Origin: Xylographa opegraphella | Taxonomy: Eukaryota | Direction: 5' to 3' | Length of the DNA stretch: 64,000 nt | Assembly (NCBI GenBank): GCA_022813865.1 | Contig: JALDZX010000055.1 | Location: forward strand, 1 to 64,000 | In this document: one piece after another, positions 37,900-51,400 of the stretch | Position numbering within the stretch: the first letter of the stretch is position 1 | Layout: each line of letters opens with the position of its first letter | Translations under genes and position numbers: made by a program | Notes under the pieces: generated by a model | Databases searched by the model: none | Told to the model about the DNA's origin: nothing | Seen by the model: only the letters and a program-made list of their open reading frames with translations

Positions 37900-38125
37900 G
37901 GTCTGAGCGAAGGGACTGAGGATAGGGCTTGGCGCAGTGTCGTTAAGCTGGGAGCCAGATTGGGAAATGCTGAAATTGACGCTGTGGAAATTCACGAGGT
38001 CGATTGCGCCGGGTCCGAGATCGTACAAGCAGAGGGAGAACATGTCAGAGGCCGAGAGGTTGGTCTCCATGGCTACGGTCGAGGTGCATTGTATTCCGAA
38101 TGTCGTGGTGGTCATACCGTCTGTC
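37900..38125 (-). pseudogene. Degenerate tandem paralog remnant of the adjacent 39273 gene
   Basis: FGIQCTSTVAMETNLSASDMFSLCLYD...NFHSVNFSI aligns by eye with IGTQLNWTVGTSSNLSLVNLFHLCLYN...NFNSMDFYI; no signal peptide or TM segment recovered. Confidence 0.55.
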
Positions 38126-38314
38126 AGTAATTGCGCTTTAGCTGGTTGTTAGTTGAAGTAGTTACCTTGGCCAAAGACATCCTCTGCGAGAGCGAAGAGG
38201 AGTAGCATGTACATAGAGGAGGCGAAGACAGCTCAATCTTGAGTAGCATGGCAGCCGAGATATAAAGGGACTTCAAGTCTGCTTTTGCGTCCATGACGCT
38301 AGTTAAGCATAGTT

Positions 38315-39273
38315 TCAAGGTTGTTTTCGCACTGGAGGTCGACGTAGTGGTTCCCGACGGTCCCTCTCGAAACGTTTCTGATTGTCTTGAGGTACAGAAG
38401 CCGGTCTTGGTATAAGGACTATCCGTGGCCTCTCCAATACACGGCCGGACCGAGAGCGATTGTGCTGCGCCATGGAGCCTTTGCTCGATGTGGAGGCCGA
38501 TGAAGCTTCCTTTCTTGATTTCCTCGATCTTATTTGCCACCCGGTGAAAAATCCAGCGAGGAAAAGAAGTGGCATACCACAACCAAAGCCCACTCCGAGT
38601 GCTATGATAGCTGCATGTGGCAAATCCGTGGAACAGGCAATGGTGGGTGCTGTAACTGCTGTTGAAATCACACCGGAGCTTGTGATTGTGCCAGTAATGA
38701 CTGCTGAAATGGTCCTGGTAGACGGAACAAGCGTGAGAACCGACGGGGTTGGACGCAGAACTGTTGTGATGGATGTAGACATATTGGATGTTATGTAGAA
38801 GTCCATAGAGTTAAAGTTCTCATTGGGGTTCTCCGCGTTGTAAAGACAGAGATGGAACAAGTTCACCAAAGACAGATTACTACTTGTGCCAACTGTCCAA
38901 TTGAGTTGAGTCCCGATCTCAAGGGTGATCTTCTGGTCTATCGAACGGTCAGTTCGATTCGTTTCGCCTTACGTCAAGAATATAGAAGATATATTCGAGC
39001 GAGACAAGCGTCTGAAGCCTACGTACTTATTATCACATCATAGTCTTCAATTCCACCACTGCTTTGCCAAAGCCACAATGATTCATTGACATAATTGGTG
39101 GACCATTTGAGCAAAACATTAGTTCCGACCTCGAACGTGACCTTGTCGTCGCTATGTGACGCGATGTCAGGAGGAAAGGCCCAGCTATTCTGACAGAGAA
39201 TAGTACTGGCACATGTGCATATAGCTATCACGGTTGCTCTGCCGAGAGATTGAAAGGCTCCGTAACGATACAT
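38315..39273 (-). CDS. Single-pass cell-surface protein (Mid2/Wsc-like architecture), 2 exons
   Basis: Hydrophobic N-terminus, small beta-rich domain (LLKWSTNY..LWLWQ...NWTV...FHLCLY..FNSMDFYIT), S/T stalk, TM AAIIALGVGFGCGMPLLFLAGFFTGW, basic tail; intron ~39026-38937. Confidence 0.75.
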
Positions 39274-41401
39274 TAGGTAATCTCTGAGGCTGCTGGGCAA
39301 GATCTGATCTCACGTAACGAATACTTGAATGAGCTTATTGTGATGAAGCATAGCGTAGCAAGAGTGAAAGGTTATCAAAGATAATTAGGATATTACACTT
39401 GTAGTGATGATGTGGCACTGACTGCATCGAATACACATCGACCCCAGTATCATTTCATTTTCAGCTTGACTTGACCACTGAGGGATTCTGCAATTTGGCT
39501 AGCTTAAGTTTTACCATGTTTCAAGCTCATGTAAACAGGTTGCATATATGCGCAGCTTGGCACCTCGCTCAGACTCAAGGTAAGCATCGTTCAGCGCAAA
39601 TAAAGGAGCAGAACAGAGAACTTCAAGCCAAACATGTGGTTGATCAATCTAAAGGAAATTGAAAGAGCTTCAATAGCATAGTTGGGATTTGGGATAACGA
39701 CCGATCTGTAGACTTTGGGAATGCCGGCGAAAGTCGAGAGGTGCTCCGCCACTGCGCATGCGGAATTGGGGTATATATAAGCGAAGTGGATACATGGTGT
39801 ACGGGCATATTGGCGCACCGGACTACTCTCGAATATTCCACGCTCACAAGTGCAAGCAACAGAGCTTGGCTGTGGTGGAAGTTCCCTGGAGCTGTAGTTG
39901 TTACTGTCATGATGTTGCCGCCAGGTCATCACGGCCCTTTCTAGCCAATGTCCCCATTAAAAGTCACCCAGCCGCCTTTATTTTGCTTAGGTATGCTTAT
40001 TAAAGGCTTTTTGGATTTTTCTTGGACTCCGATCTCCAGCACTGCGCCATATAGCTTCCAGGTAACAGCGGTTCTTTTATATCAAAGCGTGCTGTTTGAA
40101 GTGCATATGATGTCGATTCGTGCTGGCGATCATCACTGAAAAGCTCCTCACTGCAGCAGCATCAGTCTTGGTGTTGCCATTTTTCATTTGAACTCCTTCA
40201 TGGGGAATTGCCCATGGGCATCATCAATGACCCACTTGGCACTCCGGAGTTAATATACCCATGACTATATCATAGTTGACTGATAGAGAAGATCCTGAGT
40301 AAGTCGAGAATGTTCGCATATTGATTGAATATCCATACTTATCAAAATCTGGAGTACGGAGTAGCATGGTGGTAAGTAGGTCAGGTACCACCTACCTTAA
40401 GGTACCTAGTCTACCTAAGTTACGCTCCGCACACCCGATGCCGAATGAGGAAGTTGAAACTGCGACGGACCGAATTCTCCGTTGTCCGGTAAGCTTGGCA
40501 GCACTAAAGTTACTAATGCTTCGTAACTGCCAAGCCACTTTTGCGGAGAACGCAGAAAAGACGTCCAATCCCCACTCACGGAATTCGGTCGTTGCAGCTT
40601 GACGTGGCTTTCTGGCCAGTGGGAGCCAATTGAATCGGCCATGTCGGTCCCATCGTACTCGTAGCGTGGGTCACTGATTCGGCGCCAAACCTGTAATCTC
40701 ACTAATTCATGCACCCTCCCCAGCAGCCTTCAGGCGATCCCTTTCCAGGTGACTGCTCGAACTCTCGTGAACCCCGGACGCATATGTGGCAATTTACGAT
40801 CATACATGTGAGCTGAACGTGAATAGGCCACATCTGTTGCCAGCTTGGTACAGAGTAAAGCCCAGATCGCCACAGTCTACCAAGCCAGATACCTGAATTT
40901 ACGTCAACGGAGGACCCCCTGCAGGCGAATCGAGCTTAAAGTTTCTCCGAGAGTGGCCGTTACCCGTCCGAGCCCGTCCAAGATTCATCTATTCACTTCC
41001 CAAATATAGGTACCTACCTGTCGTCAGTGTGCCATCGCACTAGTCTCTCTGACTGTGTACTACTATCTCCAGTTGAGGCTTAAGCATTGTCTCATCCGAG
41101 AACCGTCTCGAATCGCTCGGTGCTCACGTAGCTAGTGAACACCCCTTACTTGGACTTCCGCCAGCCTATCAGCAACTACTTGAGTGTAACAGGAGGAAAC
41201 TTTCTACTCTCTCGAGAGTTGAGTCAGCAGCAAGTCCAGTCCTGCGATTCACCTTCGTGCTCGCTCAACAACACAATCAAATCATAACACTGAGACTACA
41301 ATCCACGGGCTAAAATCACCCTTCACCAAAGCACAAGGCCACACCCGAGTGAGTGATCTCTAGTTCATTACATCTTCACACTGCTGAATATACTTCTAGT
41401 A

Positions 41402-42769
41402 ATGGCCATTATGGAACCTTGGCAATCTTGGGGCGTTGTGGCTGTGGTCGGGGCCAGCGCGTATTGGTACTACACAAAGCAGAAGCAGGACACATCGAAA
41501 GCTGCTCGCTCAGGCCCAACCGCGGGCAAGGGCATTCCATCTGGTATCCACCACCCAGAAGGCACAAAAAAACGCTACAATTCCTCTGGCACGTCCAACC
41601 AAATTGCAGGTGATATTGCAGACGTGGCCCCTGTCTCTGTGACTTCCAGTGGTAAGGAAAAAGTTAAACAACGGAAGGGTGGGAAGAAGAAGCGCAGTGG
41701 CTTAGCAGGGAGCTCTGCGGTAGATGTGCCAAGCAACAATGTACCTACGGTTGACGATCGTGATGGAGACGGAGATGATGAGGTTGACAACAAGGAGTTC
41801 GCCAAGCAACTGAGTGGTGTCAAAGCTGGAACGTCCTTGAACACTGCAAGCACAGCTGTACGGCCACCTCGTACCAAGAAACAGAGCCAGATTAATGGTT
41901 CTGCTCACATGGGCCCTGACACAGAAGCAATCAATAATAAGAATCCTTCCGGGACCTCATCAACAACAGGTGCAGATGCGGATGATGACATGTCTTCTGC
42001 CAATTCTTCTGCTCTTGGTGCAATTAATCACGGAGCTGCTGGTGTATCTGATATGCTTGAAGCGCCAAGCCCGGGACCGTCGATTCTTCGCTTGACAGAA
42101 CCCGTTCATCCACAACGTCCAAGTGCGCCAAAGCAGAGCAAATCAATCCAAGCTCAAGAAACCAAGAAGCAGAGGCAGAACAAGGCGAAGAACGAAGCCA
42201 AAAAGGCCGAGCGCGAGCAAGCTGAAAAAGAGCGACGTGTACTTCTCGAGAGACAGCTCCGAACAGCGCGAGAAGCCGAAGGTAGACCCGCCAAGAATGG
42301 TGTAGCTATCCCAACTCCTCTCAAGACAAATGCTTGGCCAAACTCATCGAACGGGACAGTCGTTGCCACTTCTACTCCAGCCAATCGGGTCCAGACGAAT
42401 GGTGACTTGCTTGATACATTCGATGACACACCTAAGGTGGAGACCGGAAACAAACTAAACAATAGGCTTCAACATGATCCTGAGGTTTCTGATGGCGACT
42501 CAAAGCTATCAGACTTGAATTGGCCATCCGAGGAAGAACAGATGCGTATGCTCGATGAAATGGATGGCAGTGGATCGTGGCAAACAGTCAACCCAAAGAA
42601 AAAAGCGACCGGCAAGAAGGATGAAAGTGTAAAGAGCGACGCTGGAGGTAAGAGGGAGGCGGTGGTGAAGAATGAAGAGCAAGAGCGGAAGAAGCCGAAA
42701 GTTGAAGAATACCTGCCATACAAAAATTTTGACCACCCGGAGAATTCTGACTGGGCTGTTGTTGCCTGA
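41402..42769 (+). CDS. Conserved fungal hypothetical protein with N-terminal membrane anchor
   Basis: 455-aa ORF: WGVVAVVGASAYWYY, DNKEFAKQL, SSTTGADADDD, VSDMLE.PSPGPSILRLT, ETKKQRQN...RTAREAEGRPAKNG. Confidence 0.85.
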   Translation: MAIMEPWQSWGVVAVVGASAYWYYTKQKQDTSKAARSGPTAGKGIPSGIHHPEGTKKRYNSSGTSNQIAGDIADVAPVSVTSSGKEKVKQRKGGKKKRSGLAGSSAVDVPSNNVPTVDDRDGDGDDEVDNKEFAKQLSGVKAGTSLNTASTAVRPPRTKKQSQINGSAHMGPDTEAINNKNPSGTSSTTGADADDDMSSANSSALGAINHGAAGVSDMLEAPSPGPSILRLTEPVHPQRPSAPKQSKSIQAQETKKQRQNKAKNEAKKAEREQAEKERRVLLERQLRTAREAEGRPAKNGVAIPTPLKTNAWPNSSNGTVVATSTPANRVQTNGDLLDTFDDTPKVETGNKLNNRLQHDPEVSDGDSKLSDLNWPSEEEQMRMLDEMDGSGSWQTVNPKKKATGKKDESVKSDAGGKREAVVKNEEQERKKPKVEEYLPYKNFDHPENSDWAVVA

Positions 42770-44067
42770 GTGATGGGTCCGATCTCTCTGGATAAATCAA
42801 ATGTCAACCTCATACTCCGAGGAGACATTAAAGTCCCCGATGGCGTTGTTCGGTATTTTTTGACCAAGTTCACATAGCTATCCTACAACGTGCCTCCGAC
42901 ACACATTTCCTCAGCGGAATTTGTACCATACCCCCAAGGTATGCCTTCTCGCTATTGTAACAAGCGCATGCTTCGTATGGCGGTCGACTTTCATGATGCA
43001 TAGCGTTGCGAGAGCGGCTAATTAGGGTGGCTACTATGGTGATGGATTTGCATTAGATTGCTTGCATTGACTGGTGTCTTAACTTGTGCGACGGCCTCCT
43101 TGGTGGAGTCACTCTATTGTGTACGATGAGATACTTAAGAACCTCACTTCGAAGTTGGTACCGAAGTAGAACTAGCTAGTCCTCTAAGTGCATGATTCTG
43201 CACATGTACGATGTATCTCAAGAAATTGGTATTTCATCAATCCCGTAGTATGGACAGTTTTCAAGCTGCGATTCAGAACGATACCTTAGCTCTTACTACA
43301 TATAGTTTACTGAAACGGACCAGTACAATATTGACGAAGTACTGTTTATGGTCGTCCGTCAAGCTCAGGTAGAGGACAAGAGACCAAGCATATTGTCTAG
43401 AGCTCAATTGAAGATGGTAGAAGATGAACCAAGTTCCACCAATAGCTCGAGTGGCCCAATCCTAAATCTGTACTAATGGAGCCTGGTGCTTTACCGATTA
43501 ACAACGCACAGCCAAGAGAACGAGGCTGTTGGGATTGTGCGATAGACAGCGTCTTTCAATTGTTCCGTAATTAGCATCTGAGGATATACTGTAACAGGAA
43601 CGAGACTTCTTCGTAGTGTTTGCAACTTGCCAACAAAGCATGATTGTCCGGCTCGGACTATGTGTCCTCAAGCACGCAACAACCAATCGTCCAACTCAGA
43701 GGCTTACTCTGACGACAGTCCACACCGGTATTACACCCGGGCCGAAAGCAGCCCTGTGCGCGTAAAGGAATCTGGCTAGACCGAACGCTCTCGAAACCAA
43801 CCTGGCGACATCTCTCAGTAACCCACATCTAACAGTCGTTCGAGTCCACTCCTGCAACTCATGTTTGCCGACCACTCCAACACCGTCGCTCTGCAATAAA
43901 ACCCTCCCTTCTTCCCAGGATCCTTTCGAGGATCACTCAGGTCAGGCAACTTCAGTCTTTCATTCCCATAGTATTCATTTAATACTCTTGTACTGACGAC
44001 TACTACTGGTTAGTAGTCTCAGTACGCCTTAATCAACCACTGCATGTCTTACACCCAAACGCTCACA

Positions 44068-45243
44068 ATGGCTCAAATTCGAGGAACGGCTGGCTACAAC
44101 CTTGGCCCATCTTCCCAGAACCGCTTCGGTGTAGGTGCGGGATACACTAATATGAAGGCCGAGGCCACCAATGATCCGAGTCCGCTGGAAGCAATCAGGG
44201 CACAGACAAGCAAGATCGAGGACTGGTTAGATACTCTATCGGAACCTGTAAAGCCGTACGTTTACGGAACTTCCGCAGGACATGGATGTTGAAGATTCAT
44301 GAGAAGGACACGATACTGACCGACGTCAGATACCTACCTGCCATTGGACGCTTTTTGATTGTTGTCACGTTCCTTGAAGATGCAGTAAGAATAATGACCC
44401 AGTGGAACGATCAACTACTCTACCTCCACGACTATAGGCATTGTGAGCTACACTTCCAGTGCTACCACTCAATGCGTCATACTAACCTGGATATTTCATA
44501 GTCCCAAGAGGTGCAAATCATATGTTCCTGGCTGTTAATGTCATTGCCATGATAATTTGCTCGACGATGGTTATAATCCGAAAGCACAGCAATGAAGCTG
44601 TCGCTGGCCTTTTAGGTGTTGTGGTCACTCAAGCTCTTGGTTACGGCCTCATTTTCGATCTTAACTTCTTCCTTCGCAACCTCAGTGTCATGGGAGGCCT
44701 TATAATGGTGCTCTCTGACAGCTGGGTGCGCAAGAAGTTCGCTCCGGCTGGTTTACCACAGATTGACGAGAAGGACCGCAAGATGTATTTGCAGCTTGCC
44801 GGTCGCATCTTGCTTATCTTTTTATTCGTCGGCTTTGTTTTCGCCGGTGACTGGAGTGCCAGCAGGATTGTTGTCTCGGCTCTTGGTTTCGTGGCATGTG
44901 TTATGGTTGTCGTAGGCTTCAAGGCCAAGTTCAGTGCTATCATGTTGGTGCTCATCTTGAGCGTTTTCAACGTGCTTGTCAACAATTTCTGGACAGTATG
45001 TCATTCTCTCCGCAGGCGAATATTTTCCACTACTGACGACCTTTAGCTGCACGAGCACCACCCTCAGAAGGACTTTGCCAAGTACGACTTCTTCCAAATC
45101 CTCTCGATAGTGTATGTTATTATCTTACTCTACCATCTCAGTATCAATAATTGCTAACGATCCCTATCAGCGGTGGTCTTCTACTACTTGTAAATATGGG
45201 CCCGGGCCAATTCAGTGTGGACGAGAAGAAGAAAGTCTACTAA
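44068..45243 (+). CDS. ERV29: ER-derived vesicle cargo receptor Erv29/SURF4, ~5 exons
   Basis: KPYLPAIGRFLIVVTFLED, FFLRNLSVMGGL, FAPAGLP, NNFWTLHEHHPQKDFAKYDFFQ, GPGQFSVDEKKKVY* (di-lysine ER retrieval). Confidence 0.95.
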
Positions 45244-46725
45244 GTTCTCCTTGCTGCACGGCTCCTGCCCTTTCTCATTCCCGTACCTCATAAGCCATCC
45301 TCTCACTTCCAGTATCATGATGCGAGCACGATCTTCACCACAGGAAAAACCTATAACGAAGTGGATTTCTTACAATCCATACGCGACATCGCCACCAGCA
45401 GAATTAATTTCATTGGGAACTTTCGCATTTTGGGGCGCGCGGCTTACGTAGCTGCTATTTGGTACAAAAGTCCCGAGAGCGCTTTCTCGGATTAGTCAGT
45501 TCAGACGTTATTCTGCCTCATGGCTGGGACATCTCGGAAAAGGACTGGGAAATGGAGTTCCAATTTAAAAATGATGGAGTCAATGTTCTGCTCGTTCTCC
45601 AATGACATGGTGACTTATCATTTCGGTCTTCACCTATTGATCTTTCACATGTGCCTTGACTTCATACCTTGAAGCCTCACACTTCCTGAATCTGCTTCCA
45701 TTCCCTTCACGCCATTTTCGCATCTCTTTCCTTGCCCATCCAGGTTTCCGATTATGCCTGCAGCTGAAAAGCCAATACTCTAGTTCCCCAGTTTGGTCTA
45801 CACTCTTGCTGACAGTTCTCGTAACGTCTCTCGGCGGTATCACCGCCCACACGCATCATAATAGTATAACGAATCTCCTTTATTGAGCCTTGGTGGTGCT
45901 ACTGAATCTCCCTCACGATAGCTTTCTCCCCAGCGTGGCGTCCCACATCACGACTTCTCGCCCCAAAGCTCCATTTACGCGCACCTGGTCCCGCCCACAA
46001 ATTTCCCTTATCCCGCCACTAGTTCGAGTCCTATTCGCGCACCAAGGCCTCCAGGGGACGAAGGCAATGTAGCAGTTTCGTTCACGCTTCCCCCGCTGGG
46101 ATTCGCTTGGCTTGAATCGGCTGTACTGCTGTTGATGTTCACGAACGGGGGCTCCAGGCCTAGTCGTTGAGGAAGGGGCGTTGCTGGGCTGCTGGGACCC
46201 GTGGGATCTTCCTTGCAGGCGAGCGGAGTTAGTCTTATTGGTTGTTTTAATCACTGGGGCTATTTTCTTGCAGCGAGAGATGTGAACGGGATGGGTTTAG
46301 AGCAGCGAGGGGGGTGAGGAGGTAGAGAGGAGACAAAATGGAGATAGGGGGGGATTGCAAGGCGGTGGTGTCGAGGTGATGCTTGGGAGATATGCTGGTG
46401 ACGTTGGAGACTGAGGATGATACTTATGGGTCGACTAGTACTGTCCCTTGCGGTGCTAACATATTATATCAACCGTTCATATCGCGCAAGGCCTTCAGGT
46501 CATACGTTGCTCGTGGTCAGAAGAGCAGCACCGCCATCACACTAACATTTGGGGAAAAGAGTTTCTCGTTATACTTTTCTAGGTGAAAAAAAGATTTATC
46601 CAGCGGTGTCTCTCAACTCAAAAGCGCCTTGACCTAGATTGCCGTGGTCCAGCCAAAGGGGAATATCCAGATTCAGATTTCGCATCGCCATCTATGCCCA
46701 AACAAATAGACCCACAATCGAAGCG

Positions 46726-47796
46726 CTAATTCGAGCAGGACATTGGAAATTTGGCAACACGATCCGCTGTATACGCACCCCAGTGCTTTTCATCCGCAGA
46801 CTCTCCGTTCGTACCAATACTTGCAGGCTTGGAAGGTTCGTCGAATGCCTCGAAGTAGAAGACGTCAAAGCCCCAAGCGAGAGCGGCGCAGACACCTTGT
46901 TGATAAAAAGTCGCGGCGTTCTGGGTGCCGGCCATGGCGGACTCGTAATTGGTTCCCCCTGCGAGAAGCGTTTAGCCATGAGATAAATCTGTGCTAAGAA
47001 GGTGGGACAAACCGTCGGTTGGCCATCCAGTCTCTCCATTCCAGATCTCGATATCCATTGAGCCTGCTACGGTCTGGACATGGCCAAATGCTTGATTGAG
47101 ATCGTCGAGGTAGCTGTGACTGGAGTTTGCGAGGGTTTGTCCTTGCCAGTATGAAAAGGCGTTGGCCAAGCTATTCACGACTTAGCAGCTGCTGATAGTC
47201 ATACGATTAGGGCATTGGTACATAAGCTTGAGGCCTCCCTGAATGAGAGGATCGGCGGTACCGTCCTGAAATTTGTTCCAGCTATCTGCCGTTCCGATCT
47301 TCATATTCGGGAAAGTACTCTGCATGTCCTTGATTTTTGAAAGCAGTGCCTGGGCAGTGAGACTGCCCCGATACAACGCTTCAGACCCAACGGTAATAGC
47401 ATAAACGGCACCTGCATTACTAGAATCTGACAACGCACTCTGCAGGGCAGTTTTGTCGAGATTGTACGCATCATCGGTATCAGGCCTGTGGTAAAACATC
47501 AGCATTGATTTGGTAGATGACGCCCACTATCCGTACCAAACTCCAAGTACAACCTTGAACCCCTTCGCCACAGCCGCTGGCAAGATTTGTTGAGCAGTGT
47601 TGCAACCACTTGAAGTGTATGTTCTAACGAGGGTGCTGACGCTCTTCAAAGCATCAAAATCTGCTTCGTAGTCCGCTTGCATCTTACAGTTACCATTTGA
47701 CATAGTGTTTCCCAGTGCAAAGCCCAAAGTACCTGCGGCAGACACTGCCACAGGGACCGTTGCAAGGGCGGCCAAGGTTAGAGACAAGGGACGCAT
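46726..47796 (-). CDS. BGL2: GH17 cell wall beta-1,3-glucanosyltransferase (Bgl2/Bgt1-like), 4 exons
   Basis: Signal peptide, LGFALG, KVVLGVWP, ITVGSEALYRG, GTADSWNK, ANAFSYWQG, ETGWPTDGG, FYFEAFDEP, EKHWG. Confidence 0.9.
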
Positions 47797-48468
47797 ATCT
47801 GTTGACTTTCAACAGTCTTAAGGAGTGTGTATCGTCTGGGTTACAATGTTCGTATTGCGCAAAGAACTAAATGAGTGTGAGAAGCAGGGCAGAAAGCACT
47901 GACTACTATGGGGAATGCAGCTGGTCAACCGCGTGTTCGAACTTGGAGAGATGTTGTTTCGAGCTCTCAAACAGAAAGGAGGCGCTCGCCAACGGCATAA
48001 TATTTGGCCGCTATAGGCCCCCTGTTTCCGGCCCGTTCGGCGAACCGCGTAAACACGTGCGCTTGCCCTTGTTCCTCATCTCGGGCCCCTGTCCGCTACT
48101 CCACGTCAACATTTTTGACCTCCCGGTCCCGTCGACGATGAGTACTATGCCGCCAACCTTGATTGGATTCAGTGGAAGAGTCCTCGAACTGCTGGAGTGT
48201 TGAATGCTAGCTCTTGAGCGGCGTTGAGCCTTATTGTCACTCCCTCATATTTTTCAACTGTGCAATTTATCCCTATTTAGTAACAATGCCAGCACATCGT
48301 CTTGGAAATCTCGAGTGATTTACACTCCGTTCCGCAGCAGGATTTTAGAAATCGTTGGCCTTTGGATACTCGAGGGACGTTTATCCGTCCGCACACTAGC
48401 GGCACGGTGGAGGGTGAGACTCAAATTGTGTGTGCCTCGAAGGCCTATACTCATCTGATTGTACCTAG

Positions 48469-51400
48469 GTCTCAATTGGCACACGTCGTCACCGACTCCG
48501 CAGTCGACTTCCAGCTTGATACGACCCCAGAACGCGAGAGCTTGTACCGGATTCGATAGTGCAGCTCGGCGCACGATCAGTCGCTCGAGGTCTTCGAGTG
48601 TGTGGACTGCGCCTTCTCCTGGTCAGGCAATCCGCTCAAAGTCTCCGAGTGATCCACCACTACCAGCTTATTCGCACTCGAACTCATATCTGAAAAGCCT
48701 GCAGTCGCCAGCTCAACACCAGCGATCTGATAGCAGCGCTTACTACACAGCTGAATGGGGGTCGCCATACGATCTTCCATCCAGCGTAAGGGCACAAATA
48801 GGAGGACACCGGTATCAACAGACAAACAGCACAACCGCTAACAACGGATCACCACCACAACGACCCAGGCGAGAAGCCACTTACAGTCCCTCATCCGCTA
48901 CTACCCAAACGCCGTACAGCGAGCTTCGTAGAGACTCCCGAGTGGCCGTTCCCTCAGGCCGACTATCGCTTCCTGCACGGAATCGGCCACCCATCATCAA
49001 GCCTCGGTGGGGTTTCACTCAGGAGTGGTTGAACAACAATCTGCGACAGACTAATAACGAAGAGAGAGGCAACTGGCTGAGTGACGAGTCAGGTGTCAGT
49101 GACACAGAGGCTGCGCCAAGAATAGGGCCTCTCAAGGGAATTGGAATTCCAGATTCTTGGCTAGAATTCGGAGAGGAGAGAATCCCTAGCAGCTCTGAAA
49201 CAGTATATACCCAGGCTCGAAGGTCTTTACCACAGACAAGCAAGTGTCAAGAGGGTCACTTATCTATATCCCAGAGCACAGCTCATCACAAAGCTATCCC
49301 TAGCGACGTTACCCTGAAGCAGAGAGACTTTGACGACATCTTCCGAAGCAGTCGCGTAGACAACAATAGAATTGCAGACATGGCAACCTCCCTTCAAGGG
49401 CTTCCGAGTGAGCTTCCGGCTCTCAACCTTTCGTCTTCTGTATCTGTTGAAAAGCCACTACCTCCTCAACCTATCAATCGGGCGACCCCGGAACCGCCAG
49501 CCTTGATTACAGCTGTCTCATCGACTGAGCTTCCATTTTATGTCAAGAGGCCTTCACTTTCTTCCCTAGCTTCATTCCAAAGGCCAAGGAAACGTGTGGT
49601 GTGGCGCGGTAAGACCTGTGTCATTGCCTTACCTCTGGATGATGGAACGGATCATCGTAGGCAATATTTAACCCCACGAGATTTTGATGCCATTATTGCT
49701 CATTGGCATGAGCGAGGGTTTAATACTCGCGGTTTCGATCTAGCAGAGATCAAGCAAGGAGATATTCTAGACCACGGCCAAAGTCGGGATGTCTACCCAG
49801 ATCCTCAGGAATGGGAGCGCGAAACACGGGAGAGAAATTTTAAGGTCAGAATACCAGACAGGAAAGCCTGGGACGATTATGTGAACGATTTGAAAGAGCA
49901 AAAGTTGAGAGCTTTGGGCGTAAGCTTCGGAGACGAGGACGTACAGACAAGAAAGTCTCCTGGACTACCAATGAGCAGGCAAGATTCGGCACAAAACCCC
50001 ATGCTACCTCCTCCACTTCCTGAAGGGCCACCCTCTGTGACCAACGCACGGATAAATATTGCACCAACATTCTCACCCTCTCTAACAAGCTCGACAGGTG
50101 CGTTTGACCGCGGACCACCTGTCCCAGCAACATCTCAGCAATACGCAGCTACTTCCGCAAGGCCGCATATGCCAAAGCAGTCTGTAGTTATCAATGGTCA
50201 ACTGTACAATTCGCCACCTTTTCCTAGGCAGCAACCTACGCCACCAATGTTCAATACATGGCCCCAGCAACAATATCTAGGGTCAGTTCCCGCATCTCGT
50301 GGAGTATCGCCGCTTGTGAGCGGACGCAGACAGAGTCTCCAAGGGCCTCAGTCGCCCGTATCTCCAATGCCTGATATGCCATTTGAAAGATACCATCTCC
50401 CGCAAAATCCTGGTGGTCTTCAAACCCATCCGCCAAATGCTTCCGTAATTGAGCAGTCGCGTTTCCAGCACCCGCTGCCACACCAGTACCAAGATCTATA
50501 TCAACCAGTTCCACTGAGGGAAAGCCTTGACTTGAACAACGATCTGCAGCCTATAAAGTATGTCAGCCAGCCAGAGATTGCAAGTCCACTTCCCCAAGGA
50601 CATCGTCATAACCTCAGCGAGTCTTTGCAGAAAGAGATTGATAATGCCGAGTATCATCTTGAAGAATCAATCCGACGTCAACTGGACGAAGACGACGAAA
50701 TATCTCTGCAATCCACAGCCAATGACCATGCTTCAATGTATGCTACTCGAGCGCCAAAGATGAGCTCTGTCAACGGCATCAAGTTGGGGGACCATATAGC
50801 AACGCCTATGTCAGACCTCGACACAAATCCTAGCAATAGTGGTTCTCCGACTATTCGAAGTCCTGAGGCACAAAGAAGAAATTCTATATCAATGCGATCT
50901 ACTCACGTACCCAGATCATCAACATCCAAATTGAACGTAAATGCCCGAGAATTTGTGTTCGATCCGCAGAAGAGCTTTGCTCCCAAAATGTTCTCCTTCT
51001 TGGGCAATCTGAAGCCTTCAGCCGCAGCAGATACAACGGCAAACGATGGGCTGCAGGTTCAACCAAAGCAGAATGAAGTCGCTTCTCACGGCCGTCTGAA
51101 TGTTGCGGCGCCGGCCTTCATGCCTAGTAATTCTACTGTCCGCCTGCCGTCCCAAGAGTTTAGCTTTTCATCCTCGTTACCATCATTGAAACCAGATGCA
51201 CCAGTCTTCAAACCTAATCGTGGACAAAGTCTAGGCCCTGGAAGTGGCCAAGCTGACATGGAAAGTCAACTTCCACGAATATTTGGGAATCTAGATTTCT
51301 CCGAAGCGGTCAAATCGGTTAAGAAGTCTAAGGCTATCCCGATTGTGCGGCCGAATATCACTCATCTTGATGATGACCGGAACAGTGATTTTCAAGAGGA

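Noticed and set aside
28369..39273. Secondary-metabolite gene cluster around the Zn2Cys6 factor
   Set aside because: No PKS, NRPS, terpene synthase, DUF3328 or tailoring enzymes nearby.
46018..46035. B-box-like GTTCGAGTCC
   Set aside because: No T-stem pairing, A-box or cloverleaf; not a tRNA or SINE on the available evidence.
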